Part shown: positions 39,573 to 49,267 of the stretch, one piece after another
Layout: every line of letters starts with the position of its first letter
How positions within the stretch are numbered: the stretch's first letter is position 1
Source of the DNA: Spirochaetia bacterium
Lineage (GTDB): Bacteria > Spirochaetota > Spirochaetia > CADAEX01
DNA: 64,000 nucleotides
Assembly (NCBI GenBank): GCA_963662795.1
Contig: OY759746.1
Location: 2,560,001 to 2,624,000 of the forward strand
Reading direction: 5' to 3'
Program-made: the position numbers and the translations under genes
Notes under the pieces: generated by a model
The model's input: the letters and a program-made list of their open reading frames with translations, nothing else
Told to the model about the DNA's origin: nothing
Database searches by the model: none

Positions 39573-40661
39573 TTAGAAAATTCTTTTTCCAGTTTCAATA
39601 TCAAAAATATTATGGCAGTCCAGCTTTATTCCGATTTTGATTGTTTCTCCCGGTTTAGACCTTACATAGTTTTTGGTAATCATAGTTACAGTACAGTGTT
39701 CATTGTAAAGGTTATTGATCTGCGCCGGGCCTGTGGGAAGCTGCGTTTCAATCCTGAATGCTACACCGTTTTGATTTAATTCAGCGTCTTCCGGCCTGAA
39801 AGCTACTTTTACATATTTTCTATCCCCGATAAGATCTGATTCCACTGGCAGGATAAAGCCTTTGGCATTTACATGCGCTTTGCCGTTTTCCCTTATTACA
39901 TCGCCGTCAATGAAATTCATTTTAGGGTTGCTTATAAAATCTGCCACAAACAGGTCTGCAGGTTTCCTGTAAAGCATTTCAGGCGTATCTTTCTGAAGAA
40001 TAACACCATCTTTCATAATACATATATGGGAAGACATCGTCATTGCCTCTTCCTGGTCATGTGTTACATAAACAGTTGTTGTTCCTGCTTCCTGGTGAAG
40101 CCTCTTGACTTCAGATCTCATCTCAAGCCTTAGTTTCGCGTCAAGGTTTGAAAGCGGCTCATCCATAAGGAATATACCCGGTTTTGCAATAAGCATTCTC
40201 GCAATTGCTACCCTCTGCTGCTGACCGCCTGAAAGCTCGTTTGGATATCTGTGGGCATGGTTTTCAAGGTGTACCTTTTTAAGGATATCCATTGTAAGCT
40301 TTTCAACTTCATTCTTCGGAAGTTTCTTGATTGTCGGCCCGAAAGCTACATTTTTCATTACTGTCATATGGGGCCATAGTGCGTATGACTGGAAAATAAG
40401 TCCGATATCACGTTTGACCGGATCTACATATACTTCATCCTTTTTGGAAAAAACAACCTTATCGTTTATTGTAATTTTTCCTTCTGTCGGATTTTCAAGT
40501 CCTGCAATTGATCTTAAGGTTGTTGTTTTGCCGCAGCCGGACGGACCGAGAAGCGTAAGAAAATCCCCTTCATGGATATCGATAGTAAGATTGTCAATTG
40601 CTTTGGTTGTACCCCAAATTTTTGAAAGATTCTCAATTCTTATTTTTACTTTTCCGCTCAT
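39573..40661 (-). CDS. ABC ATP-binding protein (AfuC/PotA-like)
   Basis: GPSGCGKTT, LSGGQQQR, DEPLSNLDAKLR. Confidence 0.93.
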   Translation of the reverse strand: MSGKVKIRIENLSKIWGTTKAIDNLTIDIHEGDFLTLLGPSGCGKTTTLRSIAGLENPTEGKITINDKVVFSKKDEVYVDPVKRDIGLIFQSYALWPHMTVMKNVAFGPTIKKLPKNEVEKLTMDILKKVHLENHAHRYPNELSGGQQQRVAIARMLIAKPGIFLMDEPLSNLDAKLRLEMRSEVKRLHQEAGTTTVYVTHDQEEAMTMSSHICIMKDGVILQKDTPEMLYRKPADLFVADFISNPKMNFIDGDVIRENGKAHVNAKGFILPVESDLIGDRKYVKVAFRPEDAELNQNGVAFRIETQLPTGPAQINNLYNEHCTVTMITKNYVRSKPGETIKIGIKLDCHNIFDIETGKRIF

Positions 40662-40664
40662 AAA

Positions 40665-42524
40665 TTAATCTCCAATTCCTTTTGCCATATCTGTCCCCTG
40701 ATATTTGCGGATAATGTAAATCCCCAGCAGGCTCAGGAACACAAGTATCATTGCTATTGCGTCACCAAACTGGTGATATCCGCCTTCGGTGTATCTGAAA
40801 GTCATTGTCGGGAGTATTTTTGTCTCAGGAGTTACAAGTAATACAATAAGAGACAGCTCCCTCATCGTTGATATAAATGAAAGCATAAAACCGGCTACAA
40901 AGCCGCTCTTTGTCAGCGGGTAAATAATCTTTGTAAATTTTGTCCAGAAACCGGCTCCGACGAGAGTCCCGGCCTCTTCAAGTGATTTGTCTATCTGCAT
41001 CATGGCCGCGGACCCGGTCCTGGATGAAAACGGAAGACGTTTGGCAAGCGATACAATTACAAGCAGTGCGAACGTTCCGTAAAGTGAAGGGAAGAATCCG
41101 ATCGGCCTGGAAAACATTCCGAGGTATACTGCGCCGAACGCGATTGAGGGAATAATATAGGGTGCGAATGAAAAAGTATCGCAGGCTGATGCGAGTTTTG
41201 TTCCTCTGCCTCTGACTATCGCGTAGCCCAGGAAAATACCGATTATTCCGGCTAAAATGGATACAGTTATTGAGAGTCTTATGGAATTCCATGTTGTAAG
41301 CCATATATCAGGATTGCGGAGTATTCCGGCCTGGCCTTCACCCAGTACTATTCCGCTTTTTCCTATTGTATTTGATGCTCCTATCCAGTAATGGAGAGTA
41401 AAGTTGCTTAATGAATAGTTCCCGTTTACTTCCATAAAGGTTTGATAAAGAAGAACATAGAGCGGAAGGAAAATACAGGTAACAACAAATAACATTACAA
41501 GGGCAAAAATAAACCACTTAGCCTTGCCAAGATTCATCGGTTTAGACCTGAATCCTTTACCTGATATTGTTACATAGCTTTTTCTTGCCCCGATTACCTT
41601 TACGTTCATGTAAATAGTCAATCCGGATATAATTATCATTATTATTGCTATAATGAATGCATCTCCGGGGAGATTGTTCCTGATAGCACTGTATATCTGA
41701 GTCGCAAGGGTTGTATAGGAAACAGGAAGCCCCAGGAAAGCCGGCGTTCCGAAAGTTCCAAGACCTTTTGAAAAAGTCAGAATAAAAGCTGAAAGGATAG
41801 CAGGCATAACAAGAGGCAGTGTTATTTTTGACATAACCTGTCTTCTGTTTGCACCGAGAAGCGCACCTGTTTCTTCAAGGTTAGAATCTATCGAGGCAAG
41901 CGCGCCTGATACCGTAATGAAGGAAAAAGCATAATAGTGAAGCGAAAGGCAGATTATTATCGGCACAGGGCCGTAGGAAAGCCAGTCGGGCGGGGCGATG
42001 CCGGTGAGATACTGAAACCATCCCTGACTTCCACCTATTCTCTGGTTTTTAAACAGGGTAAGCCAGGCAAGGGCTATCGGCCAGGACGGGATGACATAGG
42101 GTATAGTTGCTACATTGGCAATTATTTTCTTGTACGGCAGATCGGTTCTTACAACAAGGTATGCCAGAATACACCCTATCAGCATAGACAGGATTGTAAG
42201 GCCTCCTGTTACAACAATTGAGTTTAATAATGGTTTATAGAACATGTTTTTTGAAACATCGCTGTAAAAAACCCTCTCAAGGTGCACAAGAGTAAAATTT
42301 CCCGGAACTGCCTTTAATCCGTGCAGAACTACCTGTGGAAGTCTTCTGTCCGAAAGTGTAAATGTAAAAGCGGTCTGGAAAATATTGATAAGAGGCATGA
42401 ATACAAAAAATACAAGAAGGGCAAGCAGGATTATTCCCATTACCCTTTCCGGTTTTTTAATTTCCCTGCCTGTTTTCCGAAGGAGAGGACTGTTAAATCC
42501 CTCTGTTTTGACTGATATGCTCAT
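40665..42524 (-). CDS. ABC permease (AfuB/FbpB-like, two TM cores)
   Basis: Two EAA-like loops (LEETG..LGA, LEEAG..VGA); FGTP. Likely start ATG 42524 after SD AAGGGG. Confidence 0.9.
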   Translation of the reverse strand: MSISVKTEGFNSPLLRKTGREIKKPERVMGIILLALLVFFVFMPLINIFQTAFTFTLSDRRLPQVVLHGLKAVPGNFTLVHLERVFYSDVSKNMFYKPLLNSIVVTGGLTILSMLIGCILAYLVVRTDLPYKKIIANVATIPYVIPSWPIALAWLTLFKNQRIGGSQGWFQYLTGIAPPDWLSYGPVPIIICLSLHYYAFSFITVSGALASIDSNLEETGALLGANRRQVMSKITLPLVMPAILSAFILTFSKGLGTFGTPAFLGLPVSYTTLATQIYSAIRNNLPGDAFIIAIIMIIISGLTIYMNVKVIGARKSYVTISGKGFRSKPMNLGKAKWFIFALVMLFVVTCIFLPLYVLLYQTFMEVNGNYSLSNFTLHYWIGASNTIGKSGIVLGEGQAGILRNPDIWLTTWNSIRLSITVSILAGIIGIFLGYAIVRGRGTKLASACDTFSFAPYIIPSIAFGAVYLGMFSRPIGFFPSLYGTFALLVIVSLAKRLPFSSRTGSAAMMQIDKSLEEAGTLVGAGFWTKFTKIIYPLTKSGFVAGFMLSFISTMRELSLIVLLVTPETKILPTMTFRYTEGGYHQFGDAIAMILVFLSLLGIYIIRKYQGTDMAKGIGD

Positions 42525-42790
42525 CAGATTCCCCTTGTATTCAATTTGATTGAAAAAGTATAAACCAGCTTTTATTAAAAGTAAAGATTTTTTCATAATG
42601 AATTAAAAATGCATAAAGTTTTCCATTTTAGATGAAATATTGGATATTTTTTTGATAATTGCGATAAAAATGAAAATAATTTTTACATTTATCAAATCCT
42701 GCTGCATTCAGTACCGGGCTGTATGCAGAGTTTTTATGAATTATGAGTTGTTTTGAAAGAAGATAAGATAAGGGTTTACAGCGGGGCTGT

Positions 42791-43066
42791 TTATTTTTTT
42801 GCGGTAACCTTGATAATGTGATAACCGAACTGTGTTGATATTACATCGCTGACAGATCCTGCGCCGGTTTTTTTTACAGCATCCTCAAATGGTTTTACCA
42901 TCTGCCCGGGACCGAACCAACCGAGATCCCCTCCCTTTGATTTACTGGGGCATGTGGAATACTCTCTGGCGAGTGATTCAAAATTGGCGCCCTGTTTAAT
43001 TTTTTTGAGAAGCTCTTCTGCCAGGCGCCTGTCTTTAATAAGTATATGACTTGCTTTCCATTCCAT
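42791..43066 (-). CDS. ppiC: Parvulin peptidyl-prolyl isomerase
   Basis: ASHILI, S.CPS...GGDLG.F..GQMV..FE, TQFGYHII. Confidence 0.95.
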   Translation of the reverse strand: MEWKASHILIKDRRLAEELLKKIKQGANFESLAREYSTCPSKSKGGDLGWFGPGQMVKPFEDAVKKTGAGSVSDVISTQFGYHIIKVTAKK

Positions 43067-43104
43067 GAATCAACATTATAACATATTAAAAATATTCTCA
43101 AGCA

Positions 43105-44576
43105 TCAGAAGCCGGCCCCAAGAACCTTTCTTATTACTGACAGCAGATCCTTTAATGCGTATGGTTTTGAAATGACCTCTGATGCTCCCTTAAGTAGTAA
43201 TCCTTTTTCAGGCAGATTGCTGGAATAACCGCTTGCAATGATAATTTTTAAATCAGGAGAAGCGGCAATCAGCTTTTTCAGGCTTTTCTGCCCCCCATAC
43301 CGGGCATGTTAATATCAGGTACAGCAATATCTATCGCTTTTACCAGTTTATTTAAGATTTCAATTGCTTCTTCACCCGATTCAGCCTGGATAACATTATA
43401 TCCGTAATGAGTCAGACTAATGTTCATGAAATCAAGAATCGCTTTATTATCATCAACAATCATCACCGTTTCTCTGCCGGCTGTAATTTTTCTGTCAATA
43501 ATATTCTGCTTGGTTTTTTTATTGATAATGTCTTCTTCGGATGCCGGAAAAAAGAGATGGAAGACTGTTCCGCTGTCCGGAGAACTGTCGCATGTCAGAA
43601 ATCCTCCGTGGCTTTTTACAATTCCATAAACGGTTGAAAATCCCAGCCCTGTTCCTTTCCCGGTTTCTTTTGTTGTAAAGAACGGGTCATAAATCTTTCC
43701 TGAAATACTGCTGTCAATTCCGCATCCTGTATCTGAAATATCAAGAAAAGTGTATTTTCTGCAGGGTATCAGTCTGTTCTCGGAGAAAAACTTCTCCTTA
43801 ATATCTTCAGGACCGGTTTCAATCCTGAGTAATCCGCCGTCAGGCATCGCATCAGATGCCTTGCTGCACAAATTAAGGATAATCTAGCGGTTCTGCTTTT
43901 ACAGGGTAAACATTATTATCAAGCCTGGTTTCAATTTTTATCATTTTGGGAATCGTTCTCTCAATTATTTTAAGCGAATGATTGACCGAGACATTGATGT
44001 TTGATGTTATCTTGACAGATTCCGTTTTTCTGCTGAATAAACGCATCTGTTTGACAAGCCTTGCCGCGCATTCTGCAAGGACCTGATTTTCTGTTATATC
44101 GATTACCGGATCTTTATCATAAAATGTTCCGGTATAATTTTTTAAAGTGTTTGACGCCATGCGTGCAGTTTGATTTTCCGCTGGGCTTCATCCAGCAGGT
44201 GATAAAATGACGTGGTGCTTTCTGTTTGTGCTTCCAGTTCATCAAGAACTTTCATCAGCGACTCGTGCAGTTTATGGGAATATGAATAGTCATTAAGCTT
44301 TATTTTTAAGAGCAGCAGCTGTTCTTCTGTTTTCTCCATTTTAATATCCCTTAGAATTACAAGAACCTCCCGCCTTCCGCTGACAACCATCCTTGATTCA
44401 AACCATTTTAAATCATCTTTGATTCTTATTCTGAATTCGAAACTCTGCGATTCTCCCGATTTAAGGGCTTCCGTTACTTTCTCCATTGTCAGTAATGCAG
44501 TTTCCGCCGGGAAAATATCTGCTATGCTTTTTTCGATAAAATCCGCTCTGGACATGAAAAATACAGTTTTCAGCAC
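43105..44576 (-). pseudogene. Decayed PAS/GAF hybrid sensor histidine kinase
   Basis: Fragments in different frames: PAS/GAF start, partial linker, HATPase (DTGCGI, PFFTTK..GKGTGLG) and a REC domain split at the C6 run near 43291, with tail IIIASGY...KPY ending at 43105. No HisKA H-box found. Confidence 0.85.
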
Positions 44577-44665
44577 TATCGAATTTCAGCCTGTCAGCTC
44601 TATTGTCTTATAAATAACTTGCCCGCTGAATAATCTGCCTATATACTCCTTTAAGAGGTATAAAC

Positions 44666-45226
44666 ATGAAAAAACTGGTGGCAGCAGCGGTACTGATTCT
44701 TATCAGTGCTGCAGCGTTTGCCGGCCCGGAAATTGCCGGTGTTGCAGTTTCGGATTCTGTATCCTATGGCGGAAAACAGTACAGTTTAAACGGTGCCGGG
44801 ATAAGAAAAAAACTTGTATTGAAACTTTATGTAGGCTCACTATACGCTGAAAAGAAGATTACGGATGAAAAAGAAGTGCTTAGAGGGCCGGTTTCTTCGG
44901 TTATCAGGCTTGATATAATCTCAGGCATTATTACCAGCAAACTGATGAAAGAGACAGTACAGGAAGGATTTGATAAAGCTATGGACGGCGATACATCCTC
45001 CCTTCAGGACAGGATTGACAGCTTTATTGCTGTTTTCAGTGATGAAATTTCCAAAGGCGATTCATTTATCTTTGTAAGCGTTCCTGGCAAAGGGGTAACT
45101 GCGTATAAGGGAGATAAAGAGCTTGTCGTGATAAATGACGACAGATTCCGTGAAGTTCTTTTTACCATCTGGCTTGGAAGCGACCCTGCTGATAAAAATC
45201 TTAAAAAAGAGATGCTCGGCGGCTGA
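44666..45226 (+). CDS. Chalcone isomerase-like exported protein
   Basis: Signal peptide; LNGAGIRKK...LYVGSLY...IWLG..P....LKK.MLG. Confidence 0.88.
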   Translation: MKKLVAAAVLILISAAAFAGPEIAGVAVSDSVSYGGKQYSLNGAGIRKKLVLKLYVGSLYAEKKITDEKEVLRGPVSSVIRLDIISGIITSKLMKETVQEGFDKAMDGDTSSLQDRIDSFIAVFSDEISKGDSFIFVSVPGKGVTAYKGDKELVVINDDRFREVLFTIWLGSDPADKNLKKEMLGG

Positions 45227-45276
45227 TAACTGATAATCCATTTCGTAATAATTAACCCGCTGATGCACAATACGTT

Positions 45277-46011
45277 TTAATTACTGCTGTTATAAAAATC
45301 AACAGCCTTTGCAAGCTCGTTTATGCAGATATCTTCATATCCTCTGTAAAGTGATATGATATTATCCTGCCTGAGGCTGTTGTCTTTTTTCAGCAGCAGC
45401 GGGAAAATACTATGGGTCGAGACTACAAGCTGGTATTTTTTTATTAGGCGGGGAAAAATTTCCTTCCAGAGAAACGCCTGGCCCGCGAATCCTATATGGT
45501 TGTCAATTTCATCAAGAAGAAGTGTAGGTCTGTCCTCTTTCTTCATTTTCCAGGTGAGGAATCTGTCCTCAATATAATTTATAAGCTCATTTATCAGTCC
45601 TATCCGCTTTTCACCTGTTGAGCGGAGATTGGTAAAATCATCAAAAAAATCAGGATTGATAAATGATTTTTCAGAATTGGCATAACAGTCCTGGAAGAAA
45701 ACCGGACTGCCGTCCCATTCAACAGAATAAGCAGAATTTGCTGTTTCCATACTGATTAGCCGGGATGATGACGGGACGGTGCCGCCAACTGTCTCGACAC
45801 TGTTTTGTTCCATTATTGACTGCTGATACACATCTGACCATCCGCCGCCTGCACACCCTGCGGATTCTGCAAGCGCTTTGAGAATTGAACTCTTCCCTGA
45901 TCCGTTCGGACCGGACAGCAGATTGAGTCTGTTATTGAATTGAATCTTTTTTCTGCCAATCCCGGGAAGTTTTACCTGATATCCTCTGTCAAACTTTATT
46001 GAACTTATCAT
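45277..46011 (-). CDS. Small stand-alone ABC/AAA_21-type ATPase
   Basis: GPNGSGKS, STGE signature, LLLDE, STHS. Confidence 0.8.
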   Translation of the reverse strand: MISSIKFDRGYQVKLPGIGRKKIQFNNRLNLLSGPNGSGKSSILKALAESAGCAGGGWSDVYQQSIMEQNSVETVGGTVPSSSRLISMETANSAYSVEWDGSPVFFQDCYANSEKSFINPDFFDDFTNLRSTGEKRIGLINELINYIEDRFLTWKMKKEDRPTLLLDEIDNHIGFAGQAFLWKEIFPRLIKKYQLVVSTHSIFPLLLKKDNSLRQDNIISLYRGYEDICINELAKAVDFYNSSN

Positions 46012-46139
46012 CTGTTCAGCTTACCTCTTGAGAGCATAATGGAATTTATAGTATAACAGATTTAATATATAATTTCAGCTGTATACGATTTTAATATTCT
46101 AAATTGACAAGCCATTTCAGAGAGAATAATCTTTTAAAT

Positions 46140-48740
46140 ATGAAAAGTAGCTCTTTTAAAAATATTACCATTGTTTTCCTGAAAATATTTTTTCCTCTTT
46201 TTTTATTTACACTTGCGGGCTTTGCAGTGCATTCAGCCCTTATTGAATTCAGGTCTGTAGACCTTGCTAGAAAGATACATGAAACTCCTTTTGACAGACT
46301 TATGCTTTCGCTTTTATTTACCGGTTTGGCGTATTTCTTTTCAATCGGATATGACAGGACAGCTGTAAAGATTGTCGGAGGCAAATTACCTTTCCGGAAA
46401 AATGCCCTGCTGACTTCAATAAGCTACGGGATCGGTAACAGCACGGGTTTAGGCGGTGCCGGGACGAATTCTGTCAGGTTCCATTTGTATTCCCAATGGG
46501 GCTATTCGCTTTCCGATATCGCAAAAATAGTATTATATGCCGCCATCTCCTTCTGGATAGGTTTTCTTTTTTTGGGTGTTTTTCTATTCCCGATGATTAA
46601 ATTACCCGTAGGGTGGAATGCAGGACTTAATCTGCCGTTATGGCCCCTCTCTGTTTTTTTTGCTGTTTTAATCCTCACATACTTTGCTTTGCCGTTTTTT
46701 AAAATAAGGATTTTATCTTTCAGGAATGTTTCGGTTGAGATACCTTCCTTTTTTATATCTGTTCAGCAGCTGTTTTTTTCCGTCGCTGACTGGCTTTTTT
46801 CATCGCTGGCTCTTTATATTTTTTTCCCTGAAATAACATTTTCGGGATTTATAGCATTTTCAGGTTTTTTCCTTTTTTCCCAGTTAATCGGAATGTTAAG
46901 CAACATCCCCGGCGGTCTTGGAGTTTTTGAGGCAGGAATTGTCTTATTTGCTTCATCCTCCGGTTTTGATCCTGCATCAACTCTATCCAATCTCATTTTA
47001 TTCAGAATAACCTATTACTTTATTCCTCTTTGTGCAGGTTCCCTGCTTCTGATTTTCCATGAAATACGGGTAAGACAGGAGGCGGTTTACAGTACTGTTA
47101 AAGGGATCCTGTCTTCTTTTTCAAAAATTATACCTGAAACAGCGGCTGTAATAACCTTTATAACAGGAGCTTTCCTTGTTATCACAGGCGCCTTCCCCGA
47201 CAGTTCCGACAGGCTTAAGGCTCTCAGTGTTTTTGTTCCGCTTGTATTGATAGAGTCATCCCATTTTTTTGCGAGCCTTACCGGAACTGCCATGCTTTTC
47301 GTGGCAAATGGTCTCAGACGGCGGATAAAGGCCTCATGGACAATTACTGTTTTTCTCATGTCGGCCGGATGTGTTTTCAGTATCCTGAAAGGATTTGATT
47401 TTGAAAAGGTTTTTGCCATTTTGCTGTTTATTTCTGTTTTGATATACGGAAGAAAAGAATTTTACAGACTTGAAAAACTGTTTGTTTCATATCTCCGGAC
47501 AGAGCAAATTGTCATTACGGGAATAGTTATAGTTTTTTCAATCTGGCTGGGTTTTTTCAACTACAAACATGTTGACTATTCGCATGAGCTGTGGTGGCAG
47601 TTTACCCTGCTGGGGCATGCTCCGAGATTTCTCAGGGGAGAAGCAGGCGTTATCTGTCTCGTGATTCTGCTTGGTATTATACGGATCGTACATCCGGGGG
47701 TCCCCCGTTCCTTTAAAAAATCAGAAGAGGAAACAGCAGGGGAAGACCTTGATTCAGCTTACAGGCTTGCCTTGTCATCCCCGTCCTCCTGTTCCTTTCT
47801 TGCGCTGACGGGCGACAAGAAATTATTATTCAGTACAACAGGCAGCTCTTTCATTATGTCCGGTACAATGAAAAATACCAGGGTCAGTATGGGAAATCCG
47901 GTCGGGGACAGGGAAGAATGGCAGGAGCTGATCTGGGAATTTATTGAAGATGCGGACAGGAACAACGCAAGGGCCGCTTTCTATCACGTTGATAAATCAT
48001 CGCTTGATTTGTATCTTGAGGCTGGTATGAATTTTTTCAAGATCGGGGAAGTGGCGAGGGTGAATCTGGAAGGGTTTACGCTTGATACGCCTGAAAGAAA
48101 GCATATAAGGTACAGTTACAGAAAAGGGGAAAAGGACGGACTTCTTTTTGAGGTTGTTTACCCGCCTCACAGCGGGGAACTTCTTGAGAAACTGAAAAAT
48201 ATTTCTGACAGATGGTTGAGTGATAAAAATACAGCTGAAAAGGGATTTTCCCTTGGCTTTTTTTCTGAAGCATATTTCAATTACTGTCCGTGTGCATTAG
48301 TGAAAAAAGAAAACAGCATTCTTGCTTTTGCCAATTTATGGCTTCCTGATAACAGGGAAGAATTCTCCATTGATCTTATGCGGTTTCTTCAGGAGGCACC
48401 GTCCGGTATTATGGATTATCTCTTTACATCGCTTCTCCTCTGGGGAAGCGGAAAGGGATACAGGTTTTTTAATCTGGGAGCTGCTCCGTTATCAGGTCTT
48501 ACAAGCCGCCCTTCCGCTCCTGCATGGAATAAGCTGGGCAACTTTATTTTCAGTCATGGAGAGCATTTTTATAATTTCGGGGGCTTAAGAAAATTCAAGG
48601 AAAAGTTTTACCCGGTCTGGGAACCTGAATATATTGCATGCAGACCAGGTTTAAATGTCCCGTTTATAATCTCCGATATTACATCCCTCATTTCCGGCGG
48701 AGTGAAGGGGATATTCAGCAGAAAATCCAAAACAGGATGA
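46140..48740 (+). CDS. mprF: Aminoacyl-phosphatidylglycerol flippase/synthase
   Basis: PGGLGVFE, KGFSLG, DLMR, GEHFYNF.GLR.FKEKF.P.WEP.Y. Start ATG 46140; the track's TTG 46104 coincides with the -35 box. Confidence 0.95.
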   Translation: MKSSSFKNITIVFLKIFFPLFLFTLAGFAVHSALIEFRSVDLARKIHETPFDRLMLSLLFTGLAYFFSIGYDRTAVKIVGGKLPFRKNALLTSISYGIGNSTGLGGAGTNSVRFHLYSQWGYSLSDIAKIVLYAAISFWIGFLFLGVFLFPMIKLPVGWNAGLNLPLWPLSVFFAVLILTYFALPFFKIRILSFRNVSVEIPSFFISVQQLFFSVADWLFSSLALYIFFPEITFSGFIAFSGFFLFSQLIGMLSNIPGGLGVFEAGIVLFASSSGFDPASTLSNLILFRITYYFIPLCAGSLLLIFHEIRVRQEAVYSTVKGILSSFSKIIPETAAVITFITGAFLVITGAFPDSSDRLKALSVFVPLVLIESSHFFASLTGTAMLFVANGLRRRIKASWTITVFLMSAGCVFSILKGFDFEKVFAILLFISVLIYGRKEFYRLEKLFVSYLRTEQIVITGIVIVFSIWLGFFNYKHVDYSHELWWQFTLLGHAPRFLRGEAGVICLVILLGIIRIVHPGVPRSFKKSEEETAGEDLDSAYRLALSSPSSCSFLALTGDKKLLFSTTGSSFIMSGTMKNTRVSMGNPVGDREEWQELIWEFIEDADRNNARAAFYHVDKSSLDLYLEAGMNFFKIGEVARVNLEGFTLDTPERKHIRYSYRKGEKDGLLFEVVYPPHSGELLEKLKNISDRWLSDKNTAEKGFSLGFFSEAYFNYCPCALVKKENSILAFANLWLPDNREEFSIDLMRFLQEAPSGIMDYLFTSLLLWGSGKGYRFFNLGAAPLSGLTSRPSAPAWNKLGNFIFSHGEHFYNFGGLRKFKEKFYPVWEPEYIACRPGLNVPFIISDITSLISGGVKGIFSRKSKTG

Positions 48741-48747
48741 GTTATTA

Positions 48748-48776
48748 TTGACTTTTTATTGCATTGATTATATCAT
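48748..48776 (+). promoter_or_regulatory. Sigma70-type promoter of the Rrf2-nifS-nifU operon
   Basis: TTGACT-17 nt-TATCAT. Confidence 0.6.
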
Positions 48777-48807
48777 ATTAAAGCAGTAGGAAATAAAGGA
48801 AGTATCG

Positions 48808-49242
48808 ATGTTTCAAATTTCAACAAGATTAAGATATGGATTAAGGGCTCTTACATATCTTACCACGAACGGGGGTACCGGTACAGTGAGCCTTCATGAA
48901 ATTGCGGAAAAAGAGGGGATTTCGAGAAAGTATCTTGAAAATATATTTAAACTCCTTAAAAAGGGCAATATAACAAGAAGCGTAAGAGGTCGTGAAGGCG
49001 GTTATGCGCTTATAAAGAAACCTGACGAGATAGGGCTTTATGAGATTGCCTCTGCTCTTGAGGGGAAAGTTGCGCTTCTTGACTGTATTGATGATAATGG
49101 ACTGTGCGAAAACAGTTCTGAATGCGGAGTAAGAAGTTTCTGGGCAGATTACCAGGAATATGTTAAAAAATATATGATCAATATAACTCTTGCCCAGGTA
49201 ATTGACAGGTATTATGGGAAAAAAATAACTTACAGGTTTTAA
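48808..49242 (+). CDS. iscR: Rrf2 family regulator (IscR-like, three Cys)
   Basis: STR.RYG, SVRG.EGGY, C-x6-C-x5-C; heads the Fe-S operon. Confidence 0.85.
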   Translation: MFQISTRLRYGLRALTYLTTNGGTGTVSLHEIAEKEGISRKYLENIFKLLKKGNITRSVRGREGGYALIKKPDEIGLYEIASALEGKVALLDCIDDNGLCENSSECGVRSFWADYQEYVKKYMINITLAQVIDRYYGKKITYRF

Positions 49243-49267
49243 TTTCAGGTAAAAAGGGGTTTTTCTG

